In this document: piece by piece, positions 45,472 to 56,431 of the stretch
Layout: each line of letters starts with the position of its first letter
Position numbering within the stretch: the first letter of the stretch is position 1
Source: Deltaproteobacteria bacterium
Lineage (GTDB): Bacteria > Myxococcota_A > Polyangia > Polyangiales > Houyiibacteriaceae
Direction of reading: 5' to 3'
DNA length: 64,000 bases
Assembly: GCA_034670305.1 (NCBI GenBank)
Contig: JAXMNT010000007.1
Span: 64,001 to 128,000, forward strand
Notes under the pieces: model-generated
Seen by the model: only the letters and a program-made list of their open reading frames with translations
Told to the model about the DNA's origin: nothing
Database searches by the model: none
Translations under genes and position numbers: made by a program

Positions 45472-46086
45472 CTACAGGACGCCGGTCGCCTCCAGGTACG
45501 CGATGACCTGGGCCGCGGACTCGTCGATCGAGAGCGCGCCCGTGTCCACCCGCAGTTCGGGGTCGATGGGTGCTTCGTAGGGCGCGCTGATCCCGGTGAA
45601 CTGGGGGATCTCGCCGCGCCGGGCTTTGGCGTAGAGGCCCTTGGGATCCCGCGCTTCGCAGACGCCCACGTCGGCGGCCACGTGCAGCTCGATGAAGCGG
45701 AGAGGCTGCAGCCGCGCTCGGACGAGCGCGCGGTCTTCGAGGTACGGGCTGATGAACGCGGTCAGCACGATCGCACCGGCGTCCGTGAAGAGCCGTGCGA
45801 CCTCGCCGACGCGCCGAACGTTCTCTTGGCGTTCTTTCGGATCGAACCCGAGGTCGACGTTGAGCCCATGCCGGACGTTGTCGCCGTCGAGCACGTACGC
45901 GAACGCGCCGCGCTCGATGAGCAGGCGCTCGACCCGATGGGCCAAGGTGCTCTTGCCGGAGCCGCTCAAGCCGGTCAGCCAGATCGTGGCGCCGCCGTGT
46001 CCGTGCGCTTTGCGGCGCGCGGATGCGTCCACTTCGCCGGCGTGCCACGTGAGGTTGTCTGCCTTCGGTTCTTTCGGAGCGTCCAC
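45472..46086 (-). CDS. cysC: Adenylyl-sulfate kinase
   Basis: NLTWH, WLTGLSGSGKST, LDGDNVRHGL, AFISPY, RDPKGLY, FTGISAPYE. Confidence 0.97.
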   Translation of the reverse strand: MDAPKEPKADNLTWHAGEVDASARRKAHGHGGATIWLTGLSGSGKSTLAHRVERLLIERGAFAYVLDGDNVRHGLNVDLGFDPKERQENVRRVGEVARLFTDAGAIVLTAFISPYLEDRALVRARLQPLRFIELHVAADVGVCEARDPKGLYAKARRGEIPQFTGISAPYEAPIDPELRVDTGALSIDESAAQVIAYLEATGVL

Positions 46087-46167
46087 GGAGGCGGCATAGC
46101 AGGCCCGACGCCATCGGTCCCGGCCTCGGTCTGCAGATGCGGGGTGCGCCGCCCGGGGGACCGGCCT

Positions 46168-46632
46168 ATGAGGACGGTCATGGTTCGGTTGCTTGGCGTG
46201 GACCCGGGGAGGGTGCGGATCGGGCTCGCGCTCTCGGACGAGGCGAACGGCACGATGGCGCTCCCATGGCGCACGGTGGCCCGAGGCCAGAGCGACCGAG
46301 AAGGCGCCCGCGCGGTGAAACGTGAACTCGCTGGGGCCGAGACCACCGTCGGCGAGGTCATCGTGGGTCTCCCGCTTCGACTCGATGGGACCGAGGGGGA
46401 AGCGGCTCGGCGTGCCAGACGTTTCGGGGACGTGCTGGGGGACGAACTCGGAGTGCCTGTGACGTACTGGGACGAGCGGCTGACCACCGTGTCGGCGGAG
46501 CGCGGTCTGCGCACGTTGGGCGTGAGTGGTCGAAAGCAGAAGCAGGTGGTGGACCAGGCCGCGGCCGCCATCTTGCTGCAGAGTTGCCTCGACGCGCGCG
46601 TCGCCCAGCGCACTCGGTCGGAGGAGGAATGA
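46168..46632 (+). CDS. ruvX: YqgF/RuvX pre-16S rRNA nuclease
   Basis: LGVDPG..RIGLALSD, VGLPL, WDERLTT, VDQAAAAILLQ. Confidence 0.93.
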   Translation: MRTVMVRLLGVDPGRVRIGLALSDEANGTMALPWRTVARGQSDREGARAVKRELAGAETTVGEVIVGLPLRLDGTEGEAARRARRFGDVLGDELGVPVTYWDERLTTVSAERGLRTLGVSGRKQKQVVDQAAAAILLQSCLDARVAQRTRSEEE

Positions 46633-47714
46633 GCCGGCCGAAGCGCAAGCGCACGAAGCGCGGCAAACGGCTCATGCGCTTGCTCGGGCTCTTGCTGCTG
46701 GTGAGCATCGGCGCGCTCGCGTGGCTGCTGCTGGTCTACCCGCGCTCGGGCAACCATCGCCCGACGGAGTCGGTGGAGCTCGAGATCGCCGAACACGCCT
46801 CTGTCGCCGAGGTGGTGAACCAGCTCGCCGAAGCGGAACTCGTCGAGCGGCCCTTCGTCTTCTCGATCTACCTGCGCCTGCGCGGCGTGGGGAAGTCGCT
46901 CCGGCACGGCACCGTGTTGCTCGGCCGCGGGCTCTCGCCTGAAGCACTCGCGGCGCGACTCGACGACCGGCGCGAAGACCACTTGGTGCGGGTGACATTG
47001 CCGGAGGGCATTCACCGGTTCGACATCGCGGAGCGGCTCGCGGCCGCGGGCATCTGCGACCGCGACGCGTTTCTCGAAGCGTCGCTCGAGCGCCGCGATG
47101 GGCTGCCCGGCACCGCGGAAGGCATGTTGTTCCCGGACACCTATGAGTTTCGTCGGGGCAGCGATCCAAGGCGCGTGAGCCGGCGCATGCAGCGGGTCTT
47201 CGAACAACGCATGGAGGCGGTGCGTGAGCGGCACGCGGCGCGACTGACCGAGCTCGGTGAAACCCTGGGCTGGACGTTTCAGGAAGTGCTCACACTCGCA
47301 TCGGTGGTGGAGAAAGAAGCGGCCGTCGCCGTGGAGCGCCGGACCATCGCGGGGGTGTTCCTGAACCGGCTGCAAAGCGAGACCTTCCGGCCCTTGCAGC
47401 GACTTCAAGCGGACCCGACGGTGAGTTACGGATGCATCGCCGAACCAAACGCGACGCCCAGCTGCGCGAACTTCGGCGGCACGATCACCCGCGCGATGCT
47501 CAACGATTCGGGCAACCGCTACAACACGTACCGGCACCCGGGGTTGCCGCCGACCCCGATCTGCAACCCTGGCCTTCCGTCGATCGAAGCCGTCCTCGAT
47601 CCCGAACCACACGACTACCTCTACTTCGTGGCGCGCGGCCACGGGCGGCACTCGTTCAGCGCGACCCTCGAGGAGCACAACGAAGCGGTCGCCCGGTACC
47701 GCGCCCAGCAGTGA
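46629..47714 (+). CDS. mltG: Endolytic transglycosylase MltG
   Basis: N-terminal TM; VTLPEG, EGMLFPDTY, LASVVEKE, LQADPTVSY, YNTYRHPGLPPTPICNPG. Confidence 0.95.
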   Translation: MSRPKRKRTKRGKRLMRLLGLLLLVSIGALAWLLLVYPRSGNHRPTESVELEIAEHASVAEVVNQLAEAELVERPFVFSIYLRLRGVGKSLRHGTVLLGRGLSPEALAARLDDRREDHLVRVTLPEGIHRFDIAERLAAAGICDRDAFLEASLERRDGLPGTAEGMLFPDTYEFRRGSDPRRVSRRMQRVFEQRMEAVRERHAARLTELGETLGWTFQEVLTLASVVEKEAAVAVERRTIAGVFLNRLQSETFRPLQRLQADPTVSYGCIAEPNATPSCANFGGTITRAMLNDSGNRYNTYRHPGLPPTPICNPGLPSIEAVLDPEPHDYLYFVARGHGRHSFSATLEEHNEAVARYRAQQ

Positions 47715-47718
47715 GCTC

Positions 47719-48693
47719 GTGTCGGACGGACGGACACGCCTCTTCGGCGACCCCCAGCTCGACCTCTTCGGGCGCGCGATCGAGGAACCTCAGCTCGACC
47801 TCGAAGCGCTCGGGGCGCTCGCGGCGCGTCTTCCGAAGGCGCTCCGGTTCGGCACGTCGAGTTGGACGTTTCCCGGGTGGGCCGGCATCGTCTACCGGGA
47901 GCGTTACCGCAACGAGAAGGCGTTCGTGCGAGAGTCGCTTCGCGAGTACGCGCGCCACCCGTTGCTGCGAACGGTTGGCATCGATCGGAGCTTCTACGGC
48001 CCGCTGACCGCGAAGGATTACCAGCACTACGCGTCGCTTCTGCCGGCGGATTTTCGCTGCGTGCAGAAGGTCTGGTCGGCCATCAGCACCCGTGTGTTTG
48101 CGAGCGGCGATGCACGCGGGCGGGTCAATCCATCGTTCCTGGATCTGGACTTGCTCGAGTCGGTGTTGCGTCCGCTGCGCGAGGCCCGGTTCGAACCACA
48201 CCAGGGTCCGATCCTCGTCTGCGTGCCGCCGGCGCCTGGACCCGTGAACGCGGATGGCTTCGCGCGGGTCGTCGCGCGGTTCCTCGAAGGGGCGCCCCGC
48301 GACTTCACGTTCGGGTTCGAGCTTCGAGACGTGCGTCTCTTGTCGCCGCAGTACGTGGACGCGCTCGGCGCCCATGGCGGCGTGCATGTCTTCAACTACT
48401 GGGAACGCATGCCACAGCTGGCCGAGCAACGCGCCCGCATCGGGGTCCTGCCTGGGCCGCTCGTCGTCCGCTTGATGATTCCGCCGGGGGAGCAGTATGC
48501 GAAGCAGAAGGCGCTGCTCGAGCCCTTCGATCGACTCGCGGCACCGCAGCCCGAGATGCGGGCGCAGACCGTCGCGCTCATCCAAGAGTTCAGCGACCTC
48601 GACCGCGACGCTTACGTCATCGCCAACAACAAGGCGGAAGGCTGCAGCCCACTGACCGTGCGGGCGATCGCAGAGTCACTCACACGTTCTTGA
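47719..48693 (+). CDS. DUF72 family protein
   Basis: FGTSSW.FPGW, LREYA, VGIDRSFY, FELR, NNKAEG. Confidence 0.88.
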   Translation: MSDGRTRLFGDPQLDLFGRAIEEPQLDLEALGALAARLPKALRFGTSSWTFPGWAGIVYRERYRNEKAFVRESLREYARHPLLRTVGIDRSFYGPLTAKDYQHYASLLPADFRCVQKVWSAISTRVFASGDARGRVNPSFLDLDLLESVLRPLREARFEPHQGPILVCVPPAPGPVNADGFARVVARFLEGAPRDFTFGFELRDVRLLSPQYVDALGAHGGVHVFNYWERMPQLAEQRARIGVLPGPLVVRLMIPPGEQYAKQKALLEPFDRLAAPQPEMRAQTVALIQEFSDLDRDAYVIANNKAEGCSPLTVRAIAESLTRS

Positions 48694-48732
48694 AGTCAGT
48701 CTCGCGAAGCGAGCCAGGCGTCTCACCGGAGC

Positions 48733-50039
48733 TCAGAACGCGAGGGTCTGGTCGTACTGGCCCGCGACGAAGGCGCCATGGGCGAGAACCTTCCGGATCT
48801 CATCGCGGTTGGTGGTGACCGGAGGCGCCTCGCTGATCGCCAGAAGCCGATCAAGGGTCAAGAGCGCCTGATGCCGAATCGCGGCGTGGCAGGTGAGCTT
48901 CGCGATGCGCGGCCAGTCGTCCGGCGGCACGCCCGCGCCGGGCACGACGGACGCTTCGATGCGGGCGCGGCTCTGCGGGAGCGTGAGGAACCGGAGGTCT
49001 TCCACGATCTGAGTCCGGCTCGCCTCGTCGGTGCCGAGCAGTTGGGCGCCGATCGCGTGACCCGTCGTTTGAAGCAGCGTGACGTCGTCGTTCAAAGGCT
49101 CGCCCGCCGCGCAGCGAAGCTGAAGCTCGACGAGATCGAGGCCGGTGACCATCTCGAACACGGCGTGCAGGTTCGGAAGCCCGAGACGCGCGCCGCGCAC
49201 AAACACGCGCGCGTGTTCGTCGAGCAACATCTGGACGCCCAGCAGGCCGCAGTGGTCGAGTCCACGTGCGATGCGGATGCCCACGTCGAACATGTACTCA
49301 CGGACCGCTTCGCCGTATCCGCGGAAGACGAGCTCCGGCGAGGGGCATTCGCGCACCAGCCCACGGCCGTCGCGGACGATGCTGGTCTCGCCCTCCGCGA
49401 GCGCGCAGACGTCGCCGTGGGAGTCGGCCGCGAGCAAGACTTCGATGCTGCGCGAGCGTGGGATCCAGCGCTCGACGACGATCGGTCCTTCGGGCACGTC
49501 GAGACGCATGACGTCCCACACCTTGAAGAGGTCGTCTTCGTCGTCGACGACCCGGTGTCCGATGCCGGAGCGTGCGAGCCGTGGGGCGAGCCGGATCGGG
49601 TAGCCGATCTCGTCCGCGATCTCGATCGCTTCGGAGAGGACGTTGGCGGAGCCGCCAGGAAGGAAGCGAACGTCGACGGCGTCGGCGACGGCGCGCAGCG
49701 CGATGCGGTCGCGCACGAGCGCGAGCACATCCGGGTCCACGCCGACGAACGGGATGCCTTCCGCTTCCAAGCACCGCGCCAGTTCGTGGTGCTCGGTGTG
49801 CGACGCGTACCCCGGGTACACCGCGTCGACCTTCGCCTTCTTCGCGATGGCGAGCACGGTCTCCGGCGGCACGGTTCCGTTGACCGCCTCGACTTCGAAG
49901 TTCTCGTCGCACGCGTCGACGTGCACGCTCTCGGTGGGATGGCTGTGCAGGCCAATGACGTCGATGCCGAGCCGTTTGCAAGTGCGGGCCACGCGCGCTG
50001 CGGCTTCCCCGCGCCGCGCGATCAAGATGCGTTGGAACA

Positions 50040-50040
<1 letters not shown>
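48733..50040 (-). CDS. Biotin-carboxylase-like protein with degenerate catalytic motifs
   Basis: MFQRILIARRGE, DAVYPGY, EIGYPI, RSIEV, EMVTGLDLVELQLRCAAGEPL, IAKL give the BC fold; ATP and bicarbonate motifs are altered. Confidence 0.82.
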
Positions 50041-51419
<1,379 letters not shown>

Positions 51420-51432
51420 TCACAGTGACGAC

Positions 51433-51882
51433 GTGCCGGTTTTCGTTTCTTCGCAGGGCGTCCGTCGTCGTCCCATCCAGAACTCCACCGTTCGGCTGCG
51501 GGCCGAGCGCATGTTGAAGGCGCTGCGCCGCGGGAAGGCCGAACTCTCGATCCTCCTGTGCGACGACGAGACGATTCATCGCCTCAACCGGGAGTTCCGT
51601 AAGAAGGACCAGCCGACCGATGTGCTCGCGTTTGCGATGTCGGAGGGGGAGGGCGGCGCCCTGCACCCCGAGTTGCTGGGAGATGTGGTGATCTCCATCG
51701 ATACCGCCCGACGTCAGGCCAGCGACGCGAACCGGACGATCGCCTACGAGGTGACTTTCTTGCTCGCCCACGGACTGCTGCATCTTCTGGGATACGACCA
51801 CCGAGACGAGGATGAGCGCCGCGTCATGATGGCCCGGACCGACGGTTTGGTGGCCGCCGCGACCTCTCGGTTGTCCCCATGA
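51433..51882 (+). CDS. ybeY: rRNA maturation RNase YbeY
   Basis: LNREFRKKDQPTDVL, LGDVVIS, HGLLHLLGYDH; GTG start inferred. Confidence 0.95.
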   Translation: MPVFVSSQGVRRRPIQNSTVRLRAERMLKALRRGKAELSILLCDDETIHRLNREFRKKDQPTDVLAFAMSEGEGGALHPELLGDVVISIDTARRQASDANRTIAYEVTFLLAHGLLHLLGYDHRDEDERRVMMARTDGLVAAATSRLSP

Positions 51883-52270
51883 ACTGGGGATAACTCTGCG
51901 GATTGCGCCTCCGCCCCGGAGCCCTGGCGACCCGCCGGCGCGCCGCAATTCGGCGCAATTCCAAGGTGTTGCAACAGCCATGGCTCTGACTCTTCGTCGA
52001 ATCAGTTGCGAGACCACCCTGTGGAGAAGCTGGGGTCAAACCGTGGGGCAGTGCGTGGCGGGCCACGCTGCGCTGGGACCGATTGGGTCCGCGAAATGGG
52101 GCCATGCCAGGCAGGGGCTAGAATGCGTTCTCGGTTTTCTTCGGTTCTTTTCGCAAATTGTGCTTGTCACGGTTGAACCAGCCGTGCATAGGTTCGCCCA
52201 CTTTTATGGGGCGATTCACGCCTCGCCCTGGCTTTCGCCGGGGAATATTGAAGGTTGAATGGAGGGAGCG

Positions 52271-52582
52271 ATGGCAGCTGGAAAGCGCATGACGAAGGCT
52301 CAGATCATCGGCGAGCTCGCAGAGCGAACCGGCCTGACCAAGCGTGAGGTATCTGCGGTCTTCGAAGGGATGCGCGATCTCATCAAGCGTGAGCTTGGAA
52401 AGCGCGGACCGAAGGAGTTCGTGGTTCCGGATCTCATCAAGCTGAAGCTCAAGGAAGTTCCGGCGGCGAAGAACAAGAAGTTCCGCAACCCCGGTACGGG
52501 CGAGATCTTCTACAAGGACGTCCCGAAGTCGAAGAAGCTTCGTGCAACGCCCTTGAAGAAGCTCAAGGACATCGTCCTCTGA
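52271..52582 (+). CDS. HU/IHF-family DNA-binding protein
   Basis: GGAGGGAG RBS; MTKAQII.ELAE.TGLTK, RNPGTGE; Lys-rich. Confidence 0.9.
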   Translation: MAAGKRMTKAQIIGELAERTGLTKREVSAVFEGMRDLIKRELGKRGPKEFVVPDLIKLKLKEVPAAKNKKFRNPGTGEIFYKDVPKSKKLRATPLKKLKDIVL

Positions 52583-52609
52583 GACGAATCACCTTCGGGT
52601 GAAGAGGGG

Positions 52610-52640
52610 AAGCGTGCCTTCGGGCGCGCTTTTTCTTTTT
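52610..52640 (+). terminator. Intrinsic terminator after the HU gene
   Basis: AAGCGTGCC-TTCG-GGCGCGCTT stem-loop followed by TTTCTTTTT; a second small TTCG hairpin at 52589-52602. Confidence 0.88.
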
Positions 52641-52694
52641 AACCTGCGCGCGTTCGCTGAACTCCGACTCGACGGCGTTCAAGCGCGCGAAGGT

Positions 52695-54104
52695 TCACTC
52701 GCCCGGACCGTCGGACCCGGTCGCCACGCCGTCCGAACCCTCGTTGCCAGGACCGTCTGATCCGGGCGCGTCCATCGCGGTCGACTCCATGGGCGTGGGG
52801 TCTGCGCTTCCGCGTTGCTCTTGCCGCAGGCGACGTTCCCGCGCCCGCTGTCGCGACACCAGCGCACCCTCGAGGTAGCTGATCACCAACCGCGTCTGTG
52901 AGACGGTCAGCGCCGCTTCGATTTCGACCCGCGCCCCGTCCCGTTCCATGCGCGCATCGCGAAGCGGGCGACCCATGCCGCTGATGGCCACGAACGGGTT
53001 GCCCATCAGACGCTCGCGCTGCTCTTCCCAGTACGCGACCGCGACCTCGGCCTCTGCGGCGTTCGGGAACACCGCCATGCCTTCGAGGACGATGTGGGTC
53101 GGGTCTCGGTGACGCACGGACGCCCGCAGGCTCTGAGGCATCAGTTCGGGCCGGCCTCGACGTTGAAAGGCCCGGATGCCTTCCATCTCCACAGTGAACG
53201 CCGCCTCTGCCCCCATGGAGAGCAGCGCATCCGGACCAGCGGCGTCCTCGAGATCCGGGTTCTCTTCGGGATCGGCTTCGTCGCGTGCGCGCGCAATCGC
53301 CAGCACCCGGACCAGATCCTCTGGCCGGGTGATGGTGAAATGCCGGGGTCCCACGATCGCGATGACCCGCTCGGTCTCGTCTTCGTTCGGCCAGTTCGCC
53401 ACCGGCACACCGCCTTGGGTGCGCCAAGTGACCGCCACGTCGCGGGCGGCGCCGAACCGCGCGGCGACCTCCCGCACGTAGGCGTGGCCTGCACCGGCTT
53501 CCTCGCCTGCGTGGTTGTGCCGGCCGGCGATCACCAGCTGCGCACGCTGGAGGTTGGGGCTGGCGATGAGAAGGCGATCCAGATCTTCGAGGGGGCGAAT
53601 GCCGCTGCCATCCAAGATGAGGTGCCAGTCCGGGATCGCGTTCAACAGCCCGCGCACGTCGGGGCCCAGCACGGATGCGCGCACCCGCGCGAGGTCGAGC
53701 CGCAGCGCGATCTGGGCGCCCGGAGGAATCCGAGACGTCCCCTCCGACGCGACCTCGGCGCCTTCGTCGCCTGCCTGCTCTGGTCCTGCGTCGACCCCTG
53801 CATCCGGCCTGCGCATCCCGGCATCGGGTGGAGGCGGCGGACCGGCATCCACCAAGGAGGTCTCTCCTTCGCCCTCGGGTTCGACCACGGGCTCGGTCTC
53901 GGGCGGGGGCTCCGGTTCGTTGGGCACGGCAGCGGCCATCATCTCGTCCGACATGCCCAGTTCGATGTCCATCGGGAGTTCGAACTCGAAGTCGAACTCG
54001 GGCGGCTTGGCGCAGACCCCCACACCGATGGCGAGCGCCGCGTGGAAGACGAGCGAGAGCGTGGCGCCGAACACGGTCGCACGGGCTGCCTGGGCGTCGT
54101 TCAC
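52695..54104 (-). CDS. Hypothetical single-pass membrane protein with Pro/Glu-rich linker
   Basis: TonB-like TM (SLVFHAALA), PEPPPE/PPPPDAG linker, globular C-terminal region. Confidence 0.7.
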   Translation of the reverse strand: MNDAQAARATVFGATLSLVFHAALAIGVGVCAKPPEFDFEFELPMDIELGMSDEMMAAAVPNEPEPPPETEPVVEPEGEGETSLVDAGPPPPPDAGMRRPDAGVDAGPEQAGDEGAEVASEGTSRIPPGAQIALRLDLARVRASVLGPDVRGLLNAIPDWHLILDGSGIRPLEDLDRLLIASPNLQRAQLVIAGRHNHAGEEAGAGHAYVREVAARFGAARDVAVTWRTQGGVPVANWPNEDETERVIAIVGPRHFTITRPEDLVRVLAIARARDEADPEENPDLEDAAGPDALLSMGAEAAFTVEMEGIRAFQRRGRPELMPQSLRASVRHRDPTHIVLEGMAVFPNAAEAEVAVAYWEEQRERLMGNPFVAISGMGRPLRDARMERDGARVEIEAALTVSQTRLVISYLEGALVSRQRARERRLRQEQRGSADPTPMESTAMDAPGSDGPGNEGSDGVATGSDGPGE

Positions 54105-54146
54105 AGGCGGACCTCCGGGTGGTCGGTTTGACCGTGTGGAGGTGGC

Positions 54147-56042
54147 GTGAAACTACGGCTTGCGATGGTTTCTTCGTCTCGAGAACGTTCTGTCCGCTGG
54201 GTTCTGATCGCGCTGTTGCTCGCTTCTGCGTGCGGGGAGTCCGGGGTTGGGGTCGAGGAGGCGCCAGAGATCGACCGCGAAGCCGCCGAAGCGGACGAGA
54301 CGGACGACCTCGAAGGGGCCGACGAGGCCGAGGCGCCAGCGCCCGTCGTGGACACCGGCCCGCCCAAACGCATCTTCGCCCGTCGTTTCGTGGTGCCCGT
54401 CCGTGCGGAGCCGTCTCGGGATGCGGAACGAATCGGGTACCTGCGCGCGGGTGCGGTGCTGATGGCGAAGACCTCCCAGCCGGTGGGCACGGAACGATGC
54501 CGCGGCGGGTGGTACGAGCTTACCTCGGGTGGGTTCGTCTGCAACGGCCGACACGTCACCGCCTTCGAAGGCGAACGGCTGCCGGAACGCCGAGGACGTC
54601 AGCCCAGCCGCGAAGACGTGCTGCCTTACGAGTACGGTTTCGTGCGGCGTCGGGCGCCGATGTACCGACGCCTTCCCACCATCGAAGAGGCCTCGGAACA
54701 CGAAGGCTTCCGGATCCCCGGCGCCGCGCCGGCGGCCGGTTCCGAGGGCGACGATGGATCCGAGATGGCGGCGATGGACACCACCATGACCGACACTGCG
54801 ATGACGCAGACCGCGATGACAGAGACCGCGATGACGGAGACCGCGATGACGGAGACCGCGATGGCCGACACCGCGATGGCCGCCATGGTGGAGATGGCCA
54901 GTCCCATGGTGACGGCGATGGCCCACGATCCCGAGCCCGCGTCGGGCGAGACCGGCACCAACCTCGAGACCAGCGACGACGAAGAAGAAGAAGACACCGG
55001 ACCGACGCTCGAGACACTCGCGGGCGACCCGGAGAGCATCGTCATGCGGTGGATGATGCGCGGGTTCTTCGTGAGCCTCGACCGCGATTTCCGCCGCGCT
55101 GGACGACGCTACTGGCGCACCCAGAACAACGGCTTCGTCCCGCATGGGGCGATCATCACCCGCAGCGGCAGCGAGTTCGTCGGCACCGAGCTGCCGGGGA
55201 TCCCCGCGGACTCCGAAGCGGCAGAGGCGATCGCCAACTCGCAGGCGGACCCCGAGCCAGAAGAAGTGGCCGAGGAGGCGGATGGCGAGCCGGAGGGCGA
55301 AGAAGAGGGCGACCAAGAGCAAGACGTCGCCGTCCGCGCACCGCAACTGCCGTATGCGTGGACCTTGTCGAGCCGGGTCAACGCCTACAGCCGCAACGAA
55401 ACCAACGGTTCGTTCCGGCGGGCCCGCGGAAACGTCGAGTACCACGAAGGGTTCAGCGTGGTGGCCGAGGAGGTCTGGCGCGACGACACGTACTTCGCAG
55501 ACGCTCAGGGGCGATGGTTCCGTGATCGCGATGTTCGGGTGGCCCGCTTGCAGAGCCGCCCTCGACGACTGCCCGAGACCACCCACAAGTGGCTCGACAT
55601 CAACCTCGCCTCCCAGACACTCGTCGCCTACGAAGGCGAGACCCCGGTGTACGCGACGCTCATCTCATCCGGCAAAGCCGATCGGGTCGAGAACCCGGAT
55701 GAGAGCTGGCGCACGATCGACGGGATCTTCCACGTGAAGTCCAAACATCTGACCGACACGATGGACGGTGACACCGCGGTCGACGGCCCGTACTCCGTCG
55801 ACGACGTGCCGTACGTCATGTACTTCGAGCTCGCCTACGCGCTGCACTCCGCCTTCTGGCACAACGGGTTCGGACGCCCCCGCAGTCACGGTTGCGTGAA
55901 CCTCTCGCCCCTCGACGCGCGCCACGTCTTCAACTGGGCGGACCCTCCGTTGCCCAACGGCTGGCACTCCGTCTATCCGGTGGAGGGGGGGCCACGGACC
56001 GGCATCTACATCCACGGCGAGACCCCTCGGCCGGGGCACTGA
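54147..56042 (+). CDS. L,D-transpeptidase (YkuD family) lipoprotein
   Basis: Lipobox LASAC; C-terminal DINLASQTLVAYEG, ISSG, DVPYVMYF, ALHSAFWH, SHGCVNL; start may be ATG 54165. Confidence 0.92.
   Translation: MKLRLAMVSSSRERSVRWVLIALLLASACGESGVGVEEAPEIDREAAEADETDDLEGADEAEAPAPVVDTGPPKRIFARRFVVPVRAEPSRDAERIGYLRAGAVLMAKTSQPVGTERCRGGWYELTSGGFVCNGRHVTAFEGERLPERRGRQPSREDVLPYEYGFVRRRAPMYRRLPTIEEASEHEGFRIPGAAPAAGSEGDDGSEMAAMDTTMTDTAMTQTAMTETAMTETAMTETAMADTAMAAMVEMASPMVTAMAHDPEPASGETGTNLETSDDEEEEDTGPTLETLAGDPESIVMRWMMRGFFVSLDRDFRRAGRRYWRTQNNGFVPHGAIITRSGSEFVGTELPGIPADSEAAEAIANSQADPEPEEVAEEADGEPEGEEEGDQEQDVAVRAPQLPYAWTLSSRVNAYSRNETNGSFRRARGNVEYHEGFSVVAEEVWRDDTYFADAQGRWFRDRDVRVARLQSRPRRLPETTHKWLDINLASQTLVAYEGETPVYATLISSGKADRVENPDESWRTIDGIFHVKSKHLTDTMDGDTAVDGPYSVDDVPYVMYFELAYALHSAFWHNGFGRPRSHGCVNLSPLDARHVFNWADPPLPNGWHSVYPVEGGPRTGIYIHGETPRPGH
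54775..54880 (+). repeat. 15-bp coding tandem repeat encoding TAMT(E/Q/D)
   Basis: ACCGCGATGACGGAG-like units, about six copies. Confidence 0.88.
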
Positions 56043-56267
56043 TTCTCAGCAGTCGCCCGCTGGGTGCGCATGGACCGGACACCGGGCGGATCGGTTTCGA
56101 CCTTTCAACCAGCGCCAGGAACGTGCCCATTGGGGCATTTTGCGCTACGCCCGGCGGGTGCTGTCATCCGCTCCGGATTCGCCGACCGTGTCGTGGCCGA
56201 TACGCCTGCGATTCCAGGAGGTTGCAAGGCTGACCGTGCAAACTTCGGACACCCGTTTGCCCCGCGT

Positions 56268-56283
56268 TGGCACGTCGTGTGCT
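56268..56283 (+). promoter_or_regulatory. Candidate sigma-54 promoter upstream of the nucleotidyltransferase
   Basis: TGGCACG-TCGT-GTGCT, one mismatch from consensus, in a 390-bp intergenic region. Confidence 0.6.
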
Positions 56284-56431
56284 CCATCCGTGGCCAAGAA
56301 AAAAGACGAAACGTTTTTGTGTCGCTTTCGACTGCGAAACGTACCTAGCCGGGGACGGGCGCCAAGTCCTTCCGTTGCTCTTGTTCACACAGTGTGAACG
56401 CCAGATACACCTCTCCTACCTTCGAGCCCCC

